From an uncultured Erysipelotrichaceae bacterium (GTDB lineage: Bacteria > Bacillota_I > Bacilli_A > Erysipelotrichales > Erysipelotrichaceae): 32,000 bases of DNA. The stretch is from assembly GCA_942493105.1 (NCBI GenBank), contig OW818668.1:270001-302000 (forward strand). Direction: 5' to 3'. The position numbers and the translations under genes are program-made. This document shows, piece by piece, positions 16,664-23,519 of this stretch. Within the stretch, counting starts at the first letter, position 1. Each line of letters opens with the position of its first letter. The notes below the pieces were generated by a model, which worked only from the letters and a program-made list of their open reading frames with translations, was not told the DNA's origin and did not search any database.

Positions 16664-17835
16664 GTCCCATCACTTTCAACAGAAGGCTGTCACAGATACC
16701 TGAAGGCGTGCTGCACAAATACCTTGAGTTAGCGACAGATCCTACGATTCTTTCATTGAGTGTCGGTGAACCTGATTTCCCTACCCCTTTTCATATCCGT
16801 CAAGCAGCGATCGATTCCATTCAACAAGGCAAGACTTTTTATACTCCTTCTAAAGGTCTTTTAACCTTAAGAAAAGAAATCTCAGCAACCATGAGCCGTA
16901 AGCATCATTTAGAATATGACCCAGTCACCGAAATCATGGTGACCGTTGGCGCATCAGAAGCACTTGAAGCCGCTTTTGTCGCAATACTGAATCCGGGCGA
17001 TGAAGTCATTTTGATCACACCGGCCTATATTACTTATGTCCCCTTGATCATCATGTGTGGTGCTATTACAGTGCCCATTAAAACAACCGCAGATAACGGC
17101 TTTAAACTCACTGCTGAAGCACTGAGTGCTGTCATCACCGATAAGACAAAAGTCTTGGTGCTCAATTATCCAAGCAATCCAACCGGTGGTATCATGACGC
17201 ATGAAGATTATGAAGCCATCGCTTGTGTTTTACGTGATAAAGATATTCTTGTAATATCGGATGAGATCTATAGTGAACTGATCTATGGGATCAAACATGC
17301 CTCCATTGCCCAATGTGCTGGTATGAAAGATAAAACGATTCTGATCAATGGTTTCTCTAAGGCCTATGCTATGACAGGATGGCGTTTAGGTTTTGTATGT
17401 TCAAGTCCTGAAATCATTAAAAATATGGCGGTTTATCATGCCAATGCGATTCTTTGTCCACAAACGATATCTCAGTTTGCAGGCATTGAAGCCCTTAAAA
17501 ATGGAGATGAAGACATCAAGCATATGCGTGATCAATACGACATGAGACGAAGACTTGTCGTTGATCGACTTAATAAAATGGGTTTGCCTTGCGCAACTCC
17601 TTTAGGTGCTTTCTATGCTTTCCCAGACATCAGTTCCTCTGGTTTAAGTTCCATGGATTTCTGCAGCACTTTACTTCAAGAAAAGAAAGTAGCCGTTATT
17701 CCAGGCAATGCCTTTGGGGCAGCTGGAGAAGGCTATGTTCGCTTCTCTTATTCATATTCCCTGCAACACATCAAAGAAGCCCTCGATCGTATCGAAGCCT
17801 TCATGGATGAAATCAAAAAAACAAATAAGCGCTAA
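16660..17835 (+). CDS. pyridoxal phosphate-dependent aminotransferase (class I/II, aspartate aminotransferase-like)
   Basis: LSVGEPDFPTP...NYPSNPTG...DEIYSEL...NGFSKAYAMTGWRLG (PLP lysine)...RFSY. ATGA overlap with the lrp stop. Confidence 0.9.
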   Translation: MSPITFNRRLSQIPEGVLHKYLELATDPTILSLSVGEPDFPTPFHIRQAAIDSIQQGKTFYTPSKGLLTLRKEISATMSRKHHLEYDPVTEIMVTVGASEALEAAFVAILNPGDEVILITPAYITYVPLIIMCGAITVPIKTTADNGFKLTAEALSAVITDKTKVLVLNYPSNPTGGIMTHEDYEAIACVLRDKDILVISDEIYSELIYGIKHASIAQCAGMKDKTILINGFSKAYAMTGWRLGFVCSSPEIIKNMAVYHANAILCPQTISQFAGIEALKNGDEDIKHMRDQYDMRRRLVVDRLNKMGLPCATPLGAFYAFPDISSSGLSSMDFCSTLLQEKKVAVIPGNAFGAAGEGYVRFSYSYSLQHIKEALDRIEAFMDEIKKTNKR

Positions 17836-17845
17836 GCGCTTATTT
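17823..17845. terminator. bidirectional terminator hairpin formed by the 3' ends of two convergent genes
   Basis: AAATAAGCGC (17823-17832) / loop TAA (the aminotransferase stop) / GCGCTTATTT (17836-17845, containing the minus-gene stop at 17840-17842). A/T-rich runs flank both sides. Confidence 0.65.
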
Positions 17846-18646
17846 TATGAGATTCTGTTTTTGATAGTTTCTTAAGATGGATACGGTTTGAATCAATGAA
17901 GCCTTGGTTTTAACTTCAATGACTGCACGTATTGCACTTTGAGCTGCGAAATTGAGTTCAGCAGGGATATTTAGATCACCATCCCCAAAGGATTGATGAT
18001 CAGATTTTCCTTTACAATCATGGACATGCATATGACGAATTCGATCCACATGTTTCTGTATAAAGTCCCAATCGACATGATCATAGCGATGATTGTGTCC
18101 ACAATCATAAGTCAACCCAAAGGCAGGACTTTCTAATAAAAGCTCTATGCCTTCTCTCATATAAGGTTCAAAACCAGCCACATTTTCGATGTTGATACTG
18201 ATCTTTTCATCTTGGATGGCTGTCGTAATACGATCTCTAAAGATCCGCATTCTATCTAAATAATAATCTTTATATTTTTCATACACATACACTTTTTTAT
18301 GGGGCAAAGTAAACACGACCCCACTTAGTAAATGTAGTGTCAAGCTTTCAATCTTGGCTTGCTTGGCAAACTCAATAGAATCAAGCACACATTGAATATA
18401 GGCTTCGGATATTTTACGATTAGGATCTGTGATCGACATCATCTCATCTAGATGAAAGGTAAAAGTCAACCCAGTTTGTGAAGTAATGTCACGCAATATT
18501 TGTGGATCCATCTGATCGACTTGAAACTCTGGTACATTACAATTGATTTCAATAAAACTCAAGCCCAGTTCTTTGGCTAATTTTACATTACCTTGTAGAT
18601 CCAACTCCAATAAAGTCGGCATTCCATATTCCATAGTGTTCTCCAT
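17840..18646 (-). CDS. sugar phosphate isomerase/epimerase family protein (xylose isomerase-like TIM barrel)
   Basis: 268 aa. LSFIEIN..., FTFHL, LTLHL, NIENV, YDCGHNH, IRHMHVHDC and IEVKT are the characteristic beta-strand-end metal ligand blocks of the AP endonuclease 2 / xylose isomerase-like fold. Confidence 0.7.
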   Translation of the reverse strand: MENTMEYGMPTLLELDLQGNVKLAKELGLSFIEINCNVPEFQVDQMDPQILRDITSQTGLTFTFHLDEMMSITDPNRKISEAYIQCVLDSIEFAKQAKIESLTLHLLSGVVFTLPHKKVYVYEKYKDYYLDRMRIFRDRITTAIQDEKISINIENVAGFEPYMREGIELLLESPAFGLTYDCGHNHRYDHVDWDFIQKHVDRIRHMHVHDCKGKSDHQSFGDGDLNIPAELNFAAQSAIRAVIEVKTKASLIQTVSILRNYQKQNLIK

Positions 18647-18681
18647 GTTTCAAATATTTGCTTAACTCAAACCCCTAAGTC

Positions 18682-18706
18682 AAGAAAGAACGCATAAGCG
18701 TTCTCT
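18682..18706 (-). terminator. weak rho-independent terminator after degV
   Basis: AGAACGC (18687-18693) / ATAA / GCGTTCT (18698-18704). The minus-strand trailing sequence TTCTTG is only a weak U tract. Confidence 0.45.
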
Positions 18707-19536
18707 TAATCTCGGTCATCTTTTAAAATATACTGTACTGCAACACAACCTGGTCCGCCTTGCGTGACCATAACTGGTGATAAAGCCAAGACTTCAATAT
18801 CGATCTTATCAAATTGTTTCTTAATGCGATCCACCATCAATTGGGCAATATCACCATTTAAGGCATGGGATACATAAATTTTGTGTGTTAAGCCTACACC
18901 TTGTTTGATCATGTGTGCAACGATATCATCTGCAGCATGACGCCACGTTCTCGCAACGCCAAATTTTTCAAGTTTCTGTGAACCTTCAACTTGTGTTACG
19001 ATCGGCTTAAGATGTAAGAAACCACTTAATGTGGCAGCCATTGGACTTAGTCTTCCACCACGTTTTAAGAAATTAAAGTCTACCGGTACTAAAAATGATT
19101 GGCACGATGCCACACACGCTTCCATCCGGTCAACAATTTCTTTGACATTGTGTTTCTGTGATAAACGGACTGCCAGTTCAACCAGATATTTCTGTGTTCC
19201 AGCTAACGTTTTAGAGTTAAATAAGGTAATATGCTGAGCATTCATTTGATTCCATACACCCAAAGCAGAATCATAGGTCGAACTTAGACCTTTGGTCATC
19301 GCAATGTGCAATGCTTCTTGTGGTTTCTCATATTCAGCCATGACTTCACCAATGGCTGGTTGTGAAGAATTAGGAACAGCTGAGCGAATCATCTCAACAA
19401 ATTCTTCAGTTTTTAATTCAAAATAATCACGAAAATTCTTTCCGTTGACTTCAACCTGAAGTGGAAGTAGCGTAATATTTAATGATTTTGCCTGTTCTAT
19501 ACTCATTAATGAGCCTGTGTCAGTAATTATTCTCAT
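18706..19536 (-). CDS. DegV family fatty acid-binding protein
   Basis: MRIITDTGSLMSIEQAKSLNITLLPLQVEVNGKNFRD...SSQPAIGE...GLSSTY...VPVDFNFLKRGGRLS...GPGCVAVQY match DegV blocks across the full length. Confidence 0.9.
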   Translation of the reverse strand: MRIITDTGSLMSIEQAKSLNITLLPLQVEVNGKNFRDYFELKTEEFVEMIRSAVPNSSQPAIGEVMAEYEKPQEALHIAMTKGLSSTYDSALGVWNQMNAQHITLFNSKTLAGTQKYLVELAVRLSQKHNVKEIVDRMEACVASCQSFLVPVDFNFLKRGGRLSPMAATLSGFLHLKPIVTQVEGSQKLEKFGVARTWRHAADDIVAHMIKQGVGLTHKIYVSHALNGDIAQLMVDRIKKQFDKIDIEVLALSPVMVTQGGPGCVAVQYILKDDRD

Positions 19537-19598
19537 GGGGTACCTCTTCCATATTGTATCATGCTTAAATTTGTGAAGATTTTATTATACATAAAACG

Positions 19599-19997
19599 TT
19601 AAAGTCTCATCAGAATCAGCATACTCAAAGTGCTGACAATTACAGATAGACTGACACCCCAAGCTAAATCGACAATGGTGATGATCAAAGGCCAATCTTT
19701 TAGGGTTGCCAAATTGGTCAAATCATAGGTTGCATAAGTTACCAAACCAAAGAGCGCTGCCATGATGACCGCTTGTTTCAAAGATTCTGCAGCCAATGCA
19801 GGTTGAATGACAAACACCAATAATCCTAAGATAAAAATCAAGTAAAACACAAGGGCTGCTCCCCAATTGACTTTAGGAGCCATTAAGAAACCCAAGGTTT
19901 TCGCATAAAAGTCCTTTGCGATAAAGCCCAACCAAACAATATCAATCGCAAAGAATATCACCAAAACGATCCCATACTGCAGCAAAAATTTAGACAT
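19599..19997 (-). CDS. small integral membrane protein (DUF2177-like)
   Basis: 132 aa with 4 TM helices. ...IDIVWLGFIAKDFY...TYATYDLTNLATLKDWP... is recalled as DUF2177-like. RBS AGGAGG lies upstream. Confidence 0.5.
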   Translation of the reverse strand: MSKFLLQYGIVLVIFFAIDIVWLGFIAKDFYAKTLGFLMAPKVNWGAALVFYLIFILGLLVFVIQPALAAESLKQAVIMAALFGLVTYATYDLTNLATLKDWPLIITIVDLAWGVSLSVIVSTLSMLILMRL

Positions 19998-20085
19998 TAT
20001 ATCCTCCTAAGCAACATATCGTCGCTTACCTTTCCACTATTCTATTACCCAATACACATTTATTCACTTTAGATGACTGATGAGT

Positions 20086-20781
20086 CTAATCGTTGGTGAT
20101 GTCTCCATCAGAATCTAAAGATATGGGATCTCCCAAATAAGTCGGTTTTGGGTTGACCATGACGTAAAAGAAATCTTTCGTTCGCGCTAAAAATTCTCGT
20201 AGATCTCGCGCTAATTGACCGCTATAGTTGCGTGAATCAGCAGCGACCCCAACCGCTTCTAGTCCTAAAGTTCTGGCGATATATAAAGCTCTGGGCAAAT
20301 GTTCTTTTTGAGATACAATAATCACTTTCTTGACTCCAAAGACTTTCTTTGCTCTAACGATGCTTTCAAATGTTGAAAAACCCGCGTGATCCATAAAGAT
20401 ATCTGATGAACTTAATCCTTGATCAATCGCATACTTTTTCATCACATTGACTTCATCATAATCATCTTGACCATGATCCCCGCTCATCAGCAAAGTGCTT
20501 TGTATCCCTGCCTTGGATATTTGAATTGCTTTATCCAAGCGATCTTGAAGCATTGGGCTTGGAAGATTGTTGGCCCATACCCCTGCCCCTAGAACCAAAA
20601 CACAATCTGAATCAAAGTCATCCAAATCGCTGATCTCAAAGATCTGTGATTTAGCCTCATCAATCATCCAAGTATTGATCAAAAAAGAACCAACACTCAT
20701 TAATACACCTAAAACTAGGCTCAACTTAAATGCATTCATCAAATACTTCTTGACTTTATTTCTCACGATTTTAAGATCCAC
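20086..20781 (-). CDS. SanA/YdcF (DUF218) family protein
   Basis: N-terminal TM anchor, then CVLVLGAGVW...PSPMLQDRLDKAI...LLMSGDHG...YDEVNVMKKYA...IFMDHAGFSTFESI...IVSQKEHLPRALYIA, matching the SanA/ElyC-type DUF218 pattern. Confidence 0.8.
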   Translation of the reverse strand: MDLKIVRNKVKKYLMNAFKLSLVLGVLMSVGSFLINTWMIDEAKSQIFEISDLDDFDSDCVLVLGAGVWANNLPSPMLQDRLDKAIQISKAGIQSTLLMSGDHGQDDYDEVNVMKKYAIDQGLSSSDIFMDHAGFSTFESIVRAKKVFGVKKVIIVSQKEHLPRALYIARTLGLEAVGVAADSRNYSGQLARDLREFLARTKDFFYVMVNPKPTYLGDPISLDSDGDITND

Positions 20782-20827
20782 TCATTTTCTTATCCTTATT
20801 ATACGCTATAGGATCCTCTGAGCCATT

Positions 20828-20851
20828 ATAGAAAAGCACCTTTTGGTGCTT
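20828..20851 (-). terminator. rho-independent terminator after the MFS gene
   Basis: AAGCACC (20834-20840) / TTTT / GGTGCTT (20845-20851). On the minus strand a short T run follows. The stem overlaps the stop codon (20850-20852). Confidence 0.55.
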
Positions 20852-22109
20852 ATTGAGTTTGATCTTGAATTGGTTTTGGATCTTCTTGAGACATGATCTT
20901 CCATATCCCTTTATTGAAAAATATGGGGATGATCGCAAATAAAGCCAAAGTAGTACCAATAATGGCCAAGACACTCAAGTCATAGACCTCAGCAAGAAAA
21001 CCATAGCTCAACATCGACAAGGCAACTCCAGCAATTGAGAAAGAAGAAACAAAACCAAAGACAGTCGCTCTTTTATCTCTTGGGATTGCCAACATCATTG
21101 TGGCATTCAGCAAAGCATTTCCAATGACCATCATAAAGTCTCCTAAAAAGAAAAATACAGTCAGCCAAATAAAACCTTGGCCAAGTAATCCTGCGATCAC
21201 AAAGATCGTATTCAAAATAAAGGCACCAATAAAGATCGGCATCTTATGTTTAGGTTTGATTTTAAAGAATCCCAAAATTGCCAATGCCAATACAGCAGCC
21301 AACGAACTTAAGCCAATGAACAACCCATACTCTGTTAAGTTCATTCCTTTCATAGTCGCCAAAGGTAACATAAGTGCTGAATAACCCGATCCTACGAAAT
21401 TCGCAACCAACGCAGAAATCAACAACACATTCAAGCCTGGTGTCGCAATGGCATCTCTGGCGCCTTGGGCAACATCACCCAAGATCCGTTTAACAGTAAT
21501 CGTTTGGTTTAGTTCTTGTTTCAATGTTTTAGGCACATTGATGAATGTCTCTGTAAAGGCCGAAATTATGAAGGACAACCCATTAAGCAAAATCATGGGG
21601 CCAACTCCAAAGAAGGTCAACAAAGCTCCAGAAATACCCTTCCCAACGAAATCGATCAGGCTCATAGTGCCATGCGTCAATGATTGAGCACGAACCAAAT
21701 CGGAAGCAGGGACCAAATCAACGAAAACAGTTGTAGTTGCTGGTCGAAACATGACATTGCATATTGCAGCTACAAAAGCTGTAAACAAAACCATTTCTAC
21801 ACTCAAGTGACCTTGGAGGGCGACGAAACCAACAATCAGCATCAAGACTCCCCTAAAAGCATCCATTCCCACAATGACATTTTTCCGATTGATCCGGTCA
21901 ACAATGGCCCCAGTAAAAGGATTCAAAAACATCGCGACAAACATACTGATGGAAGACATGGTCCCCATGAGTGCGGTTGAACCAGTCTCGCGATACACCC
22001 AATAGCCAATCGCGATACTGTATAAAACATCCCCAAAAACACTGACCGCAGTTCCTTGCCACAGTAAGATAAAGTCTTTATTCCATAGTTTTTTAGGAGT
22101 TTGAGTCAT
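20850..22109 (-). CDS. MFS transporter (macrolide-efflux / EntS-like subgroup)
   Basis: 419 aa with 12 TM helices. N-terminal WNKDFILLWQGTAVSVFGD and loop GAIVDRINRKNV (the MFS D-R-x-x-R-R-like motif between TM2 and TM3). Confidence 0.85.
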   Translation of the reverse strand: MTQTPKKLWNKDFILLWQGTAVSVFGDVLYSIAIGYWVYRETGSTALMGTMSSISMFVAMFLNPFTGAIVDRINRKNVIVGMDAFRGVLMLIVGFVALQGHLSVEMVLFTAFVAAICNVMFRPATTTVFVDLVPASDLVRAQSLTHGTMSLIDFVGKGISGALLTFFGVGPMILLNGLSFIISAFTETFINVPKTLKQELNQTITVKRILGDVAQGARDAIATPGLNVLLISALVANFVGSGYSALMLPLATMKGMNLTEYGLFIGLSSLAAVLALAILGFFKIKPKHKMPIFIGAFILNTIFVIAGLLGQGFIWLTVFFFLGDFMMVIGNALLNATMMLAIPRDKRATVFGFVSSFSIAGVALSMLSYGFLAEVYDLSVLAIIGTTLALFAIIPIFFNKGIWKIMSQEDPKPIQDQTQ

Positions 22110-22480
22110 TTTTCGTTACCTTCGATCATTTAAACATAAATATAGTTAAATATTATAATAATATATTAATATTGTCAATATATTTATAAATATTATTAAT
22201 ATATTTATTCATTTATTTAAATTCATATTTCTAAATTCTTCATTATTATCTTACAATATCAATTATAAACCAAAAGATCGCTGCTGCAACGTCTCTGTTT
22301 GCACAATACAACTTATCGTGTGCAAACATTGGGTTCGCTCTTTTTGTCCTTTTTTATGGACGATATAATTTTTCACCTTTGTTTATCGTGTAACTTGTTA
22401 ATTGTATTGAAATTGGTATAAAAGACATCGATTTTAGTCCTTAAAAGTATAAAAACATCCTAAAAATCGGCTTGTTTCTA

Positions 22481-22507
22481 TTGCCAATATTGAAATAGTG
22501 CTATAAT
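22481..22507 (+). promoter_or_regulatory. putative extended -10 promoter of the pilus operon
   Basis: TGcTATAAT at 22499-22507. The best -35-like hexamer, TTGCCA at 22481-22486, has only a 15-nt spacer. It sits ~20 nt upstream of the riboswitch-like element. Confidence 0.4.
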
Positions 22508-22523
22508 AATTTTAGATTAGTTA

Positions 22524-22620
22524 ATATTCTGGTAAACCAGTTCGAAAGACTGGGGCACAAAGTTCGACATCTAAAGTTCTTCGGAACCATGATCGGTCAA
22601 TTGCGTAATTGAGTTTCTTT
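22524..22620 (+). promoter_or_regulatory. candidate c-di-GMP-I (GEMM-I) riboswitch with downstream weak hairpin / U-rich tract
   Basis: GGTAAACCAGTTC-GAAA-GACTGGGGCACAAAGTTCGACATCTAAAGTTC-TTCG-GAACCATGATCGG. Helix 22537-22543/22548-22553 is capped by a GNRA loop. The CACAAAG junction and a second helix (22565-22570/22589-22595) with a CUAAA bulge parallel the V. cholerae Vc2 aptamer as I recall it. Hairpin TCAATT-GCGT-AATTGA (22597-22612) is followed by GTTTCTTT. No covariance-model search was run. Confidence 0.55.
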
Positions 22621-22656
22621 ATCCTATAAGGAAAGGTTCTGGGTTTACATGATCTC

Positions 22657-23079
22657 ATGATCAAAACGAAGTTGGGGATGACCTTTGTTGAAGTGATTGT
22701 GGCGATGGCGATTTTCGCCATTTTAGTCGTTGCAATATTCCCTGCTTTCATGTTAGGCATCAAGCTTAATGCTGTATCAAAAGTTCAAGTTGAAACCGCA
22801 ACGGTTTCTCAAAATATAATGGAAGAAGTTTATTCATATTCGTTGACCAGTAATCTATCAACCACGATTACTGCTCTTTCAGCAACTTATCCAAGTCCAG
22901 TTACAGTTGGTTCTGTAACGACCTTAACAAGAACGACAGCTGACTATACGATCGTTATTGTATTTACAGCAAATTCACCACAAAATGGTATGACTAAAAC
23001 AAAAGTAACAGTTACCAAACTAAACAATCCTTATGGAGCTTTACCAGGGCAGGCTGAAACAATCCTGATTTTTAGGTAA
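22657..23079 (+). CDS. prepilin-type N-terminal cleavage/methylation domain protein (minor pilin)
   Basis: MIKTKLG|MTFVEVIVAMAIFAILVV has a short basic leader, Gly-1, Glu+5 and a hydrophobic helix. 140 aa, first gene of the pilus operon. Confidence 0.75.
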   Translation: MIKTKLGMTFVEVIVAMAIFAILVVAIFPAFMLGIKLNAVSKVQVETATVSQNIMEEVYSYSLTSNLSTTITALSATYPSPVTVGSVTTLTRTTADYTIVIVFTANSPQNGMTKTKVTVTKLNNPYGALPGQAETILIFR

Positions 23080-23082
23080 AAT

Positions 23083-23517
23083 ATGAAAAATAAAAAAGGA
23101 TTTACACTTATTGAATTAATTCTAGTAATGGCGGTCACGACAATCCTTTTAGGTACAATCGTTGCGATCTTCTTACAGAGCATAGATATGTATAAAACTG
23201 ATGAAACAAAATCAGCCAATCAATCCAGTTTGAACATGGTTTCCACAAGACTAGATGCATCTCTTAGAAAAGCTTCTGATGTGTATGTGGATGGTGATGG
23301 ATGTCATATTGTACACAGCACCTCTGAAGAAGTGTTCAATATCAACACCACCACAAAAACCATTTCGATTAATGGAGCTCATTTGACTGATCGTATCGCT
23401 GAGTTCACATGTTCAAATACCGCTAATGTGATTACCGTCTTTGTCAGGACCATCAATGACAGTAAGGGAAGTTCATTGACTTATAATTCGACCATCGTCC
23501 TTAGACAAGGAGAATAA
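23083..23517 (+). CDS. prepilin-type N-terminal cleavage/methylation domain protein (minor pilin)
   Basis: MKNKKG|FTLIELILVMAVTTILLG is a canonical class III signal. 144 aa, starting 3 nt after the previous stop. Confidence 0.8.
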   Translation: MKNKKGFTLIELILVMAVTTILLGTIVAIFLQSIDMYKTDETKSANQSSLNMVSTRLDASLRKASDVYVDGDGCHIVHSTSEEVFNINTTTKTISINGAHLTDRIAEFTCSNTANVITVFVRTINDSKGSSLTYNSTIVLRQGE

Positions 23518-23519
23518 AC

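Noticed and set aside
21100-21980. Series of plus-strand ORFs (94, 79 and 98 aa) antisense to the MFS transporter
   Set aside because: They are antisense shadow ORFs inside a well-supported 12-TM gene, with no RBS or recognisable motifs.
22131-22270. AT-rich tract as a replication origin, CRISPR leader or prophage attachment site
   Set aside because: I found no DnaA-box-like TTATCCACA motifs, no dnaA/dnaN context, no repeat-spacer array and no integrase or phage genes nearby.
22356-22421. 21-codon sORF MDDIIFHLCLSCNLLIVLKLV in the MFS-pilus intergenic region
   Set aside because: There is no Shine-Dalgarno sequence (a T run precedes the ATG) and it is very short. Nothing distinguishes it from chance in AT-rich DNA.
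22521-22763. 80-aa minus-strand ORF spanning the pilus leader and the first pilin start
   Set aside because: It lies antisense to a canonical prepilin signal sequence and to the structured riboswitch-like leader, and has no RBS.
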